Below the pieces are notes generated by a model that saw nothing but the letters and a program-made list of their open reading frames with translations, was not told where the DNA came from and did no database searches. From Octopus sinensis (Eukaryota), in the NCBI RefSeq assembly GCF_006345805.1, contig NC_043000.1, forward strand, positions 50,406,001-50,470,000: a stretch of DNA of 64,000 bases, in the 5' to 3' direction. The position numbers and the translations under genes were made by a program. This document shows positions 40,435-53,803 of the stretch, piece by piece. Every line of letters begins with the position of its first letter. Within the stretch, counting starts at the first letter, position 1.

Positions 40435-42283
40435 GTATTTAGATATTTGAAATTTTGGTAAACTAATCAGTCAGTGACCATATGTACATTTTGGTTACAT
40501 GAATCAACACCATAATAGAAATCATATACTTTCTTTCAATCTTTTCCAAATGGAAAATTAATTCAGAAGTTGAATTTCTTAGGAAATATTTACATGGAAC
40601 ATCACATTATTGTCAGTATTTAAGTATCTTAGGTGTATTTTTTCTGTCCTTTTAACTTTTATTTAAATAAGATTGGTTATCTAAATATTTCTGATTTGGA
40701 AAGTAAGGAAAGAAATGAAAACCATGATAAACAATAAACTTTTGTATTATTTCTTTATTTTTGCCACTCTTCTGCATTTGATTTTGTTTATACTAGCATG
40801 GGGAAAATGGTTTGTTTAGATTAAAATACTATTTTTTACTGCTTCACGATTTCTATCAATAACTTAGGCATAGGAATGGAACCTGTTGTCAGTCCAACAA
40901 ATTGAAACATGCAGAGTTAATGGACTTGGAGCAATTGTGTAATTCAAAGGCAAACAAATGATATAAATTTATGCAGTACCCTTGATTCCAAACATTCTTC
41001 CTAAAAAGCTTTTACTGCTTAATGACCGTAACAGTGTTTCATGTATTTGAATTGTGTTGATGTTTAAAATTATTATTATGGAGGCAATATTATGTCTCAG
41101 CTTGACACTACAAAATAATTGAATGGGTCATTTTTATTGGTTTAACAATTTATGTGTCAATCAATGAAACAAAAATATATTAGTGTAAAGAAAAAAGAAA
41201 ATACAGTACAAAATAAATGCTATCGTATTTCAATACATCAGAATATCTGACTACAATGTTTAGTAGAGTTCAGAAACCAAGAATGTTGATTTAGAATTTA
41301 TGCTGTTATTCTTTGCAATATAATATTTTGACTGCAAACTTTGATCGAACCAAAACATTCTTTATCTTCTTCATTATTATCTGAATCTTTTTCTTGATTG
41401 TTGTCATCATGTACATCTTCATCTTGGTTATGTTATATTCATTGTCTAATGGAGTTTCAATTTCTGAATGAGTCATTTCACTTAACTCACTCTTCACTAT
41501 TTTTCTTTTGGGTCCAGATACTTGTGGATTCTCCCTTGCATTACTGTCTTCATATTACTTGGAATGGTGCACAAATGAAATAAACTGTCAGCCTAGAGTT
41601 TGGCAATGTGACATTATTTCATTTGTTTTCATTGAAATTGAAAAATATTTTATTAAGCAGTAAATGTTATGAAGATGGAATATAGTAAACAGGCTTTTGG
41701 AATATATTGTTATTTTGCAAGAGTACTCCTTGTTCTCCATTAAATTCCATATCAATGGCATTGCTAGTCTTTAACTTTCTTATTCTGTGAAAATGAGCAC
41801 TCATGAATGGTTCATCTTATACAAACTTCTCATTGTACACCTTATTACAGAATGAGAATTTCTGTGCTAAAACCCTTTTGTTACAATATTTCTGTTGAGA
41901 TACTTTTCGTTTCTTTCAAATAATTCTAAATATAACAAAGAATTTTGTAAAATAACTTAGTTATCATTAAGCAAATGTTAGGAACATAAATTATGACTAA
42001 GGTTTGGTGGAAGATTTTAATTCAGAACTTTTAAAAACAAGACATTTGTACTACAGAGCAAGAGGTGGTTTCAGGCAGCTTGGTAATGAAAGGGTCAAGT
42101 TAACAAATGCATAATAGGGAATCTACATCTTTATTATATACTTTTGCATCTCTCTCTTCAAAACTGGAGCAGTAATAGTTTCACATCTTATAAACAACAA
42201 GCTACATATTGCTGCTCACCTCTCTCCTTCACAAGCTGAACTGAGTTCTTCTTGACACTTTCATGCCTTTAACACTTTTCCAG

Positions 42284-42310
42284 GTATCTGGTTATATAAA
42301 TTGATGAAAG
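42284..42310 (+). CDS. Micro-exon D, 27 nt, phase 1-1 (C-IWLYKLMK)
   Basis: ctttaacacttttccag|G ... AAG|gtaatt; both splice sites strong; open in phase 1. Confidence 0.7.
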
Positions 42311-43271
42311 GTAATTTCTATTTAATATATGAATTATTTGATATATATGTCGTTATATAGATAAAGAACTGCATTAGCTGTAAGGTTAATGTGCTGGTAA
42401 TATGATCATGAGTTAAAAACCTTCAGACAACTTTCTTGTTATGTCAAGAGGCAAGACAAATTATCTTATTTCAATAATCTATTGCTTCAGAAAGTCGCTT
42501 TTGAGAAAAAAAAATATTTTAAAGTTAGGTAGATGTGGAATTTTTTTTTTTACAAAATTAAGGAAATTTATCTGTACATAACCTATAATAAATAACAATA
42601 CTTTTACTATAAGAAATAACTTGGACATCCATCGTATATATCCCATGGCTTATAACAATAAAGTTTATGACTGTTCAAATCATTTGTGACAAATTGTACT
42701 TATTAGTAAGTATATTTTTATTTCTATGAATGATTTATAAATAATCATTCATCTCTAAATTTTTCTTTAAGTGGATGTGTTCTGAAATAAAAATAAGTTA
42801 TTATTCTTTTCCCAAATGATTCTTGTTCTATACTACAAACAAAATTAAGTATTCTAACACTATAACAGAAACATTCTTCAATACATTATTGGTGTTTGGG
42901 GTGTTACACTTTTAATGAATTGTGACAAAAATATTCAACCGAGTGAAGTCCATCTGTTTCCAAGATATTAATTTTAGTCATAATTCATTGGTACAAGATA
43001 TAAGTTAAATGTAATTGAACAAAGTAGGTTAGAAACTCAACTTTCTGAGGGCTTATCACTATTGTATGATGTATTCCATACACTTAAACAATCAGGTACA
43101 CATGCACTATATTTGTGTGTGCATAGAGATACTAGTGTATGCAGAGCTACATTGACACACATGTACACAGTAAAGCTCTATTTTTCTTTAAACAACTGAA
43201 GAAAAAAAAGCACATTACTTACCTCATAGCTATAAAATATGTACATTTAGTATTGGTACTAAATTCTTCCA

Positions 43272-43298
43272 GACTTTGAATTCAATGCAAAATTTATT
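43272..43298 (+). CDS. Micro-exon E, 27 nt, phase 1-1 (D-FEFNAKFI)
   Basis: tactaaattcttccag|A ... TTG|gtgagt; both splice sites strong; open in phase 1. Confidence 0.7.
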
Positions 43299-43483
43299 GG
43301 TGAGTATTTAACTGAATGCATTCAGAAAATGCCAGACAGGATTATAGAAATTTGTTTAGTATGATAGATTTGCAGACAGATGATAATGTATTTAGCTTTT
43401 CATTTAGCCATATTTTATTTAACGATAATTCATTCAAACTATTAGGACACAATGAAATAAAATCCTTACTGTGATATGCCTTC

Positions 43484-43484
<1 letters not shown>

Positions 43485-43536
<52 letters not shown>

Positions 43537-43641
43537 GTGTGTACACACATATGTATATATATCTTTATGTGTGTGTATATATATGTATATATATATGCAT
43601 ATGTATATATATATTTATGTGTGTATATATGTATATATATG

Positions 43642-43679
<38 letters not shown>

Positions 43680-43910
43680 TGTATATATGTATATATATAT
43701 ATATGTATGTATATGTATGTATATATATGTATATGTATATATGTATATGTGTACATATATATATATGTGTGTATGTGTTTATATATATATATATGTATAT
43801 ATATATGTGTATATATATTGGTATAGATATATATATGTATATTTATGTGTGTGTGTATATATATGTGTGTGTATGTGTTTATATATATATGTATATAATA
43901 TATATATATT

Positions 43911-43964
<54 letters not shown>

Positions 43965-44140
43965 GTGTGTGTATGTGTGTGTATGTTTATATATATATAT
44001 GTGTATATATATATTGTTATAGATATATATGTATATTTATGTGTGTGTGTATATATATATGTGTGTGTATGTTTATATATATATATATAATATATATATA
44101 TATATGCATATTTATATATGTGTATATATATATATATATC
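43485..44140. repeat. Compound (TA)/(TG) microsatellite
   Basis: Direct inspection. Confidence 0.97.
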
Positions 44141-44143
44141 TTT

Positions 44144-44736
44144 ACAACTACAATTGAATCTGGCAAAAAAAGAAAGATTTGGTTTGAATCTATACATTGA
44201 AACTTCAGAGTTGATATGGTACATGATCAAGAAGAATGAAAAGACAGTGTCTTGCAAATGTGGCAGCTTTTAAAACAATAATTTTAATGATTGTACTGAT
44301 GAAAATTATTTAAAAATTAATATTACTATAATTTACAATAAAAATTTAGAACTGAATCACAATTTCAAGTATTTTCTGGTGAAAATAAAATATCAGTCAT
44401 TAAGTCATTACCAATATGATTTATATATATATATATACACAATTTAAAAATAGGATAAAATCTTCATAAGAATTTATTAAGTAGTTAGCATGGAAAACCT
44501 CATTAGAGAAAAAGAAAACATTAATTTTTTTCCTTTAAATATATTTATGTATATTATATAGAGGGCATTTATATGTAATAATGCCCTCTATATTATATAT
44601 AATATATAATATATATATATATATATATATGTGTATGTATATATGTATGTATATAGATATGTATATGTATGTGTATAAATATATTTATATGTGTTTTATG
44701 TATGTATATATATGTATATATATGTATGTATATATG

Positions 44737-44773
<37 letters not shown>

Positions 44774-45410
44774 ATCATGTGACCGACCAGACCATCAGAT
44801 GTTGTTACACATTGCTGGTCACAATGCCTTTGCATTGTTTTAGCCTTTGAATGATGCCACCTCGCTGGCTAAGCGAGCAGGCCAACAGAAGAAAGAGTGG
44901 GAGAATGAGTGGTGAAAGAGTACAGCAGGGATCACCACCTCCTGCCGGAGCGTCTTGGAGCTTTTAGGTGTTTTCACTCAATAAACACTCACAACGCCCG
45001 GTCTGGGAATCGAAACCGCGATCCTACGACCGCGAGTCCGCTGCTCTAACCACTGGGCCATTGCGCCTCCACATATATATATATGTATATATATATGTGT
45101 ATATATATATATATATATGTGTATATATATATGTATATATATCTTATTTGTAATGACTGATATTTTATTTCCTCCAGAAAATACTTGAAATTGTGATTGT
45201 GCTTCAAATTTTTTATTGTAAATTATACTAATATTGATTTTTAAATAATTTTCATCAGTACAATCATTAAAATTATTGTTTCAATTGCTGCCATGCTCAC
45301 CAGACACTGTCTTTTCATTCTTCTTGATCATGTACCATATCAACTCTGAAGTTTCAATGTATAGGTTCAAACCAAATCTTTCTTTTTTTGCCAGTTTCAA
45401 CTGTAGTTGT
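44144..45410. repeat. Long inverted repeat, arms 44144-44420 and 45141-45410
   Basis: For example gatatggtacatgatcaagaagaatgaaaagacagtgtct has its exact reverse complement in the right arm; the arms are colinear over about 270 bp. Confidence 0.92.
44768..45070 (-). mobile_element. tRNA-derived SINE (third family), CpG-rich
   Basis: Minus strand begins ggaggcgcaatggcccagtggttagagc...ggtttcgattcccag (A/B boxes). Confidence 0.85.
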
Positions 45411-45559
45411 CTCATCAATACAATATTCACCTATCATGCATAATTCAGTCGTCCATTATATGTCCTTATCAGAGCAGCCAATTCTCTTATATACATTAAA
45501 GCCTGTGATATCCAATCACCTGCTCAACTAAATTTCACTCAGGTTGTCTCTTAAATTTA

Positions 45560-45800
45560 CATTACAACAGATCATATACAATTTATATTCTAAAATCATT
45601 GGGTATTCTGTTACACCTGAATAAAGCATTAATCATGCCACATATAATCTGCTTCTTTAACAAATACCTCCATTGAAGCTGTATCTTTAGAAATATGGAC
45701 AGAGGAATTGGTAAGAAGCTTAGATGTAAGTTTTGCTCTGTATGTTGCAATGATAAAACCTTCAGTATAGGCATGTGTTTTGCATATAAATATGAATAAA
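45560..45800 (-). mobile_element. Possible R4/Dong-like relic
   Basis: AYTEGFIIAT..KLTSK resembles the (E)TEGFIIAAQDQ motif of RLE LINEs. Confidence 0.35.
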
Positions 45801-46466
45801 GTGTATGTAATCAATATATCAATGTGTGTAATAAAATGATACCAAAGTTTGACTACATAGTCAAAGGTTGTATCAAATGTGTAGTGATGTCATATTTAGC
45901 CACTAGATTATCAGATGAAGAAAAGTACATTTAAAAAAAAAAAGAAAAGATTTTTATTATTATTCAGCAGTGCAATAGTAGATGATTCAACTTTGATGTT
46001 ATCGGTATATTTTAGTATTTTCTTCTTGTAAACTAATGGATAATTTGACTATAAATATAGAGCAAAATAACAGTAGAATTCCATGTATTTCAAGTAACAC
46101 GGCTCATGAATTCTTCGAGAACTGTTTCATTAGTATTTAAAGTTAAGTAAAAAGGGCAGCATGTGTAACATTTGCAAGCTCAATAAACTGATGAGATTGT
46201 TACAGATTATGCGGATTTATTTGACCTATCTTTTGCCAATCTCAGTCTTTAAACATATATTATAAAAGAAATTCTCTCTGAATCAGGGTAAATGTTTACA
46301 TGCAACCATTAAGTTTAAAAAGTGGAATAGCACAAATAAAATTGGTAACATTGAACATAGTTATTATTGTTGTGTCTGCTCAATTTTCTCAACTCAAACA
46401 GACCTATGAAATACAGATATTGTGTAGTAATAGTTAGCAACATTGATCATTTAAATATCAGTAAAA

Positions 46467-46869
46467 TACTAGCAGTATAGCCCAGCGTTGCTCGGGTTTG
46501 TTTTCTTTTCGACCCTTTAGAATTGGAATTTTTGAAAAGTAATAATTTTGCATTATGTAGCTTGTTATTCTCTTTAAGCGAACATTTTTCTGGTTGAAAT
46601 ACACCGAAAAATGGTGACAGAGCAGTAAAAAAATTGTAAAAAATAGGGATTTTCATAGAAAAGAAGCACCTTGTTGATGTAAATAAGTTTTGGTGTTAAC
46701 ATGGTCCGATTTGAATTTTTTCTTCTCTAGAATGAGGAGCAAGCCTTCTTCTATCATACTTTCAATTTTGGTCAACTTGCACTGCAGGGTCTTGGAGGAG
46801 ATAGTGTTAGTTGAAGGCTACAAACCTGCCACACACAGACAACTTCAGCTTTTTATTTAAAGATTAGAT
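46467..46869 (+). mobile_element. HINE/DINE-1-like (Helentron-associated) element, apparently full length
   Basis: 5' actagcagtatagcccagcgttgctcggg (short hairpin); 3' acagacaacttcagctttttatttaaagattagat; non-coding. Confidence 0.7.
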
Positions 46870-46921
46870 CAAAATGTCGAACTGCTTTGATTTGCTAAAC
46901 TCTTAAAATGATTTATTATAG

Positions 46922-46997
46922 GTACTGATGGCAAAACACTCATATTACTTGTCTGTAACACAGCAGATACAAGCACAGAAACACTGCATAAAATAAA
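46922..46997 (+). CDS. Exon G, 76 nt, phase 1-2 (G-TDGKTLILLVCNTADTSTETLHKI)
   Basis: atttattatag|G ... AAA|gtaagt; open frame continues from exon E. Confidence 0.65.
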
Positions 46998-47899
46998 GTA
47001 AGTAGTTCCATTTTAGCACAAGCACATATATGTGCAGAATAGCTGATGTCAGCAAATACTAAACAATCAATATGTTGTATTTTAAATAACAAATGCAGAA
47101 CAGATGAGGTTAACAATTTTGAAAAATGTTTCCATCAGTGTTGCTTTTATTGTTGACACAATGATTCTTTTCTGTAAAAAAAGAGCAATTTTGATTAGAA
47201 GTGATGCATGGACAAGTAAAATGGAGTTCCTGTAGTGATGAAAAATACATATATTATCTACCATTCACCAGTTTGTGAAACCTGAAGATGAAAGGCAGTT
47301 TTGAATGCAAGTGATAAAGCAATTGGTTCCAGTTTGTAATAGAAATTATGCACTTGTATAGAGATGGAGTCTAAAGAAATATGTGATACACGTTGGATGA
47401 GAAAGTACTATGATATGAAAACAAAGATTATTTGAAACTGTGGAGAATGAGGATAAAATAGATAGATCAGACATTAAATGGTTGTCTCACATGAGATGGT
47501 ACAGAATTGTTTGAAAAGCTGCTCTATAGAATACCTAGCTTTTTTCATGACTTTATTGAAAAGTTCATTTAATTAATGAATATGAATGAATATAAAATGT
47601 ATCTGGCTTAAATTATGTAAAATAAACTAGCTTGAGCAGTATTCTTTCTCTAGAATATTATATTAGATAGTCTACATGCAAAGAAAAATCAGAGATGAAT
47701 ATTGTTAGGAGTCCATTTCTTACTGAGTTCTAACAAGGTTACCATAAACAGCAATGAGATGCCTCTTCTTCCTTACTATTCAACTAAATTTAAGGTTCAT
47801 CTCTTATGTATCTTTAAACCAAATAGTAAAAGTTACCTCAGAGCATTCATAGGCAAAACACATTTTATATAATATAATTATATTTTTGTTTATAAACAG

Positions 47900-47937
47900 A
47901 ATAATTCTGATAAATCAAACAGATTTTATTCTGTATG
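47900..47937 (+). CDS. Exon H, 38 nt, phase 2-1 (K-IILINQTDFILY)
   Basis: tatttttgtttataaacag|A ... ATG|gtaatt; phase matches exon G and the 53745 acceptor. Confidence 0.55.
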
Positions 47938-49594
47938 GTAATTGTGTGATATTTATTGCAGTAATTTTTTGTGAATTTATGTTCTGAAGTCAGACTAACT
48001 ATTAACTGGTTTTCATTTTATCATTAAGAATAATATAACAGTAAGTAGTTGATTTAAACTAATCATGATTCTGGTTACCAAATTCCAAGTTAATTGTTGA
48101 AGTAACTGAAGACACATGTGATGTGAATCTCTAGTAAGAAAAATATATTTTTTACTACCATAAATTATTTACTTGAAGCAATGCACAAGTAATTATAACA
48201 TTTCCTAAACTTTTTATTTTGTATTACAAAAATAAAATTCCTGCAACTCCTACAGATGCATGAACTTGCAAAAACCTTCAACTTCAACCAAAGTGGAAAG
48301 AACAAATACATAATTACATTCAAGTTATCATATTCAATAAACAACAGAAAAACAAAATATATGATTCAGTTTTAAATAATTCAGTTATTTACTTAGTAAT
48401 ATCTGTTTCATGTTGACAGTTTAAGAATTTACTGTAATATTTGACTTTCAAATTCAGTTATTTTCTGGCAATTATACTATTGAAACTGTTGAGGCAGAAG
48501 TCAAAGATAAGTTGGAAGGATAGAATTAATTGACCAAACTGTTATTCAACTGTATAATCTGGAAGATCACTCTATGATTGAAGAATTGATGGTAATTAAG
48601 AATCTGATATGCTGAGTGTTCACAGATCCAGAATTAAAATTCATTGCATGTATTGTAATGTGTTAGTTGGAAATAAGATATCTAAATACATAGCTATGTC
48701 ATATACATACTACAATTTCTGAAGCAATATTGTCTCAACATTGCTAGTTAACTTTTAAAGTTGCTGCTGCTTTTCATTTTATTATATTGGATAAGATTAA
48801 AAATATGTATTATTTGCACCAGAGCTGATAAAAAAAAATGTTTAATTTTCCATCAGATATTTCAGCACATAGACCAATCACTATTTATTATTTCATTAGA
48901 TAGCCAATAAAAAGCTGATACTGAATATCAAACTAGCTATGATATTTGTTTGAAAATGGTATTAAAGCATCTCCATGTAATGAAATATTAGAGTTAGGTA
49001 GAGCCCCTGCTGGTGCCTTTATTGCCAATTGTGTCATTTCTTTCAAAGATCATTATTGCAAAAATCCTAACCATACGAAGAATATATGGCAATTCAAAAC
49101 TGTTTGTGGCTCTGAATCTAGTTCACTATTCAATTTTCCTTTTGCAAGCAGTAACAACTTTTGTATTGTAAATGTTATGGAAAATATTCCAGATATGAAC
49201 TATGTAAGACCCTTTTCTTCACTGAGGAAAAGAATTGACTACAGAGCAAGTAGTCAATTTGAAATTGAATTGCATTTGAGGAAGTACCATTTATAAGTCA
49301 TATCGAAATAGAGTGAAAGAAGCAGACATAGATGTAGACAGATAACTAATAATAATGGCAGAAAGAAGTGCAGAAGACAGACAGACAAATTTCAAAACAA
49401 CTATAATAGATTATAAAAATGAGTTTCATTGATATTAGTTGAACTGCAGGAAACATAGCAACAATTGCAGGAAATATAGACACTTATCTCAGATACAATT
49501 TCATGTGTTGCAAAAGGAAACTCATAAATGAAGAAATAAATAAGAAAGAACGAAATATGCAGGAATAGAAATTATGCTTTATTTAATGTTATGC

Positions 49595-49626
<32 letters not shown>

Positions 49627-49635
49627 ATATATATA

Positions 49636-49692
<57 letters not shown>

Positions 49693-51010
49693 AAACATCA
49701 GATGTACTGTAAAATTTGATCAAGGTTTTTATTCATAGAGAAATGGCCATTAATTTCAAATAAAAGCCTCTTTTTGACTTCTAATGTTCAATCAACTTAA
49801 ATTTAATGGACATTATGAAAGAATATTTAACTTGCAAATCTTTACTCTAACAGCAGTTGTATGGATGTTCTTTAGCTGCTTCATAATTTTCAGTAAAAAT
49901 ATTCCATTTGTCAGGCGTTTAGCTTGAGTAAATTGATAAGCCATTCTCATAAATTCTTTGCAGCTGCCAAATAGTATTCTTGAAATATTGCTGAATAGTC
50001 TAATGTAAAATAATATGGATATTACAATATTCATAATTATTATCTTATTGGAAACTCATTGATATTCTTCCATGTATAAGCAGTATTGAATATGCTACAA
50101 ATTTGCATGATACGTCAGCTTAGGCAACATGCACTTATTTAATACATATATAATAGTCAACAACTTAATAAATTGTTTCTTTTATATTCTGAGAAGTATA
50201 TGGAGATGAATATCTTCAATATAGACAATACTTAAACTAAAATTGTTAGTTCCATTATGGTTTACTTTTTTCAGCATAAGGGCCCAGAAGGCAACCACTA
50301 TTAGAGTGGTATATAAACAAAAAAGGTATCCTGTATAGTTTTTCTTTAGAATCAACCTCTGCTGTTCCTTGAACCTATACTGCTATTTACTTTAAGGCAT
50401 GTTCATTATGTTAAGTAAACAATATGAAATTTCTAAAAGTCATGAACTCTAACATCTATTTGTTATACTAATAAAACAAAAGAAAAAGCAAAAAAAAAAG
50501 CAAGAAATTATTACTTCTCCTGAACACATTTCAACATTTCTTATGTTTTTGTGGATTTTCTCAGCCAAGTAGGTTTTTTTTCTTGTAATTAATGCAAAAG
50601 CCTTAATATAATCATATTCTAGATATATCAGATGTAATATCCCTGTTCGAAAACACAAATAATCCTGGATTAAATAGTATCCAATTAGTGTTGAGTGGAC
50701 TTCAAATTTTATTCGTATTCATCATTAGAAACCAGGTGCAACTTAGCCATAATCAATACAAATTTGACTCTGTTCTTTGTATTGTGTCCCCTAGTCAATA
50801 AATACTCAGCTGTTATTCTGAAACTTCTTCCAAAATAATAATGTAGATCTAACATGTGTGTGTCTGTGTGTGTATAAATCTATAAAAGAAGATGGAATGA
50901 ACAGGCTTTAATCCAAATCACAACAATTGTTTTCTGTGCAATAGTAACAGCTATTATTTGCTGAGTTTTTCATATCATACTGTTAAATAAATTATCATAG
51001 AAGTAATTTC

Positions 51011-51594
51011 ATAAATAAATATGATCCCACAGCAGCTGTGTACCAGCACTTCATCAGTTCCTCATCGTTTTATACCTTTTGTATTATTAGCATTCACTCT
51101 ATACTGAACAGCATATAGTTTGAAATAATCATAAATCATAAAAATATTAAAGGAAGAGTAATATCAGTAAAAAATGTAAATATAAATTACAAAACAAATA
51201 GATCAAAATTAGTTAATGGAAATATCAGTATTAATCTATCTTAAAAGTGTTAATCTATCTCCGTAAAAACGGAGACAAAATTATGATAGAATGAAAAAAG
51301 ACAGAATTTGAGGTTTGATTTATATTTATACTTTCCATTTTTATTTCCATTAACTAAATTTGGTCTATTTGCTTTGTAATTCATATTCTTAATTTTTTTA
51401 CTGCCATTAAATATTTTTGGTACTTTTACGACTTATATCTATTTGAATCCGTAAGCTACTCAGTATAGAGAAAATGCTAATAATACAAAGGGATATAAAA
51501 TTATGGGAAACTAAAAGTGATCCAGTAGTGCTATCAAAGCCACTCACCTGATGAAGTGCTGGTAAACAGCTGCTGGTGGATCATATTCATTTAT
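51011..51594. mobile_element. Non-autonomous element with 47-bp TIRs; superfamily unassigned
   Basis: Arms 51011-51057 and 51548-51594 match at 43/47 positions; no clear TSD. Confidence 0.7.
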
Positions 51595-51877
51595 ATAATT
51601 ATTTATTTAATGATTTATTTAATAGTATGATATGGAAAACTCAGTAACTAACAACTGCTATCATAACACATAAACAGTTGAGATTTGTAATTAAAGCCTG
51701 TTCATTACATCTTTTTGTTTTATAAATTTTTATATCAATTCTGCATGAACGAATGGAGTTGTGCATGAATATCCTATAAAAGGAGTATATGGTAGCCGAT
51801 AACCATGTCAGAGCTTTGAAATACATGTTTTGAATTTATTATTAAGATGGCATTAAATATTTATACATACACACACA

Positions 51878-51914
<37 letters not shown>

Positions 51915-51917
<3 letters not shown>

Positions 51918-52133
51918 ATCATGTTGAACCATTAATCCCTGCACATTTTTCCCCTCTGTTTTTTTTTTTTTTTTGTTGTCGTTTTCTTTCCACTTTTTTC
52001 TTCCCAATCCTTTCTGCTGAAAAGCATAGGCTTGAAACATCAAAGACTTTTCCATTCTCCCTGAGTGTTAAATTAATGCACCTGCTTGTTGTTCCTTCAC
52101 GTGTTTCTATCTTTAGTCTTTTGTAAATTTGAA

Positions 52134-52138
<5 letters not shown>
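51915..52138 (+). mobile_element. Solo 3' terminal fragment related to the 31.6-kb Penelope family, with decayed hammerhead (52009-52046)
   Basis: Colinear with the minus strand of 31585-31800; CUUU-CUGCUGA-A-AAGC(AUAG)GCUU-GAAAC-AUC-AAAG. Confidence 0.7.
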
Positions 52139-52192
<54 letters not shown>

Positions 52193-53744
52193 ATGGATAT
52201 ATTAGTTTGATGATTTTTATAGCTGCTTCTATTGCATATAATAGATATTTATTCCTCTGTATGGCCATTCACAAAACCAGTTAATGTTTTCCATCATTTT
52301 CCTACATGCTGGAGGTAACAAATCTCATCTAAGTTTTTAGTTGGCTATGAGTACATGCCAATGACAAGGACCAATGAAGCCAAAATGTATCCGACATTGT
52401 TGCTAGCTGCTGCTGGGACAATTTTTGTCTTTGATACTATCTTTGGATAAATACCACAGTAAATTTGCCTTTTGACAATGTATTGACATTAAGCATGGCC
52501 CATAGATGTGTATTTTAAGTGGACAATTTAATAATACTTTTATTGTGTATAACAGTTATATCTCTGAAAGTGAAGATTTGTTCTGTTTCTACCTGCAATT
52601 TCTTGCTCCATGCAATATTTCAGGCAACAATAAAAATGACCAGCAGATTAGGCTGTACTAGGAGCCACAGCATGATGCTTCAAGCATTATTTTCATTGGA
52701 TACACCAGATGATGTGATTTAATGGTTATGTAATCTAGAGTGTTTTGGAATAGCACCTACAGAACAACTCTTTCTCCTAATTATAACTAAGACCGTTTTT
52801 CTGCATGCTCAAATAATTGGTTCTTTGATCCAGATGGAACATATTCTACATTGCTTCTAACAATTTTAAAAGATTGATGTAGTTAACTTATTCCAATACA
52901 AACTTTCTTACAGGATATCTATTCTTCTGTGGTGCTTTGTGACATCCAAATATTATCTCATTTCTTGGATATATATCCTCTTTTGCTATTATAATTTGAT
53001 AATCCTTTGTAATACACATGTACACTAGTATATCATGTTAATTTATCTTATTACATTTCCCCAATACTCCATTCTATTTGGATAATGTTGGTTGCACTAC
53101 TTTTGAGTTTCCTAGTATATGGACTGTAATGTTTGGTCAGTTTTTGTCTGTTCTGAAGGAATGCATATACACTTATATGGGATTTTGAAGGTGTTCTCTG
53201 TAAGGCCTGTAGAGGAAATTTCAATACATTTTACTGTTGTTGCTGTTGCTTTATATAGAAGTGCTTTTTGATGGACAGGTTAAAATATTTGTCATTGTTT
53301 TCTCTGGTATTCTTGACCTACAACCTACTGAACATTGTAAATGAGCCATTGTGATATATTTTCTTTCAAAAATGTCTATCATATCATGGCATTTACTGCA
53401 ACAAAAATGAGTTTATCAGATGTTGACTATTTTCTTTACTTGTCAGCCTTAATCAACCATATTGTGTACAGTAATTGGTCATAAATGCTGTCCTATATGT
53501 CAACATTCAACTCAAGCAAATTTTTGTATCAAGTTATAAAAAGAATTTTCTGAAGCAGCATCACAAGGAAACAGTGCAATTGTTCTTTAATGATTGTACA
53601 GGAATAGTGATTTGCTGATTGTGCAACAGAAAGTTGATATATAAATTGAAAAACTAGGCATAAATTATCAGTAAAACTACTGCATAATAGAAGTACTGGT
53701 TAGTACTTTTCATAGGAGAAAACTTTACTGCTGTTTACATGTAG

Positions 53745-53803
53745 GAAATTTGTATATGGAAATTAGAATGTTAGATTTCAAACGAGAAATGACTCAAAGT
53801 AGT
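53745..53803 (+). CDS. Exon F, 59 nt, phase 1-0 (G-NLYMEIRMLDFKREMTQSS); alternative acceptor at 53716
   Basis: ctgtttacatgtag|G ... AGT|gtaagt; the upstream acceptor cttttcatag|G (phase 2) is also open. Confidence 0.65.

Noticed and set aside
43471-44257. Long Y/I/C/M/V-rich ORFs (also 27272-27533, 44581-44850, 58042-58743)
   Set aside because: Translations of (TA)/(TG) microsatellites, open in several frames on both strands.
44990-45070. tRNA gene (also 22369-22440, 12005-12080)
   Set aside because: tRNA-like A/B boxes run straight into SINE bodies with no complete cloverleaf.
51548-51570. CUGAUGAAG as a hammerhead core
   Set aside because: No stem II or GAAA follows; it is part of the TIR.
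52341-52450. Candidate alternative terminal exon with hydrophobic tail (..PTLLLAAAGTIFVFDTIFG*)
   Set aside because: Only a moderate acceptor, adjacent to degraded LINE-like sequence; no independent support.
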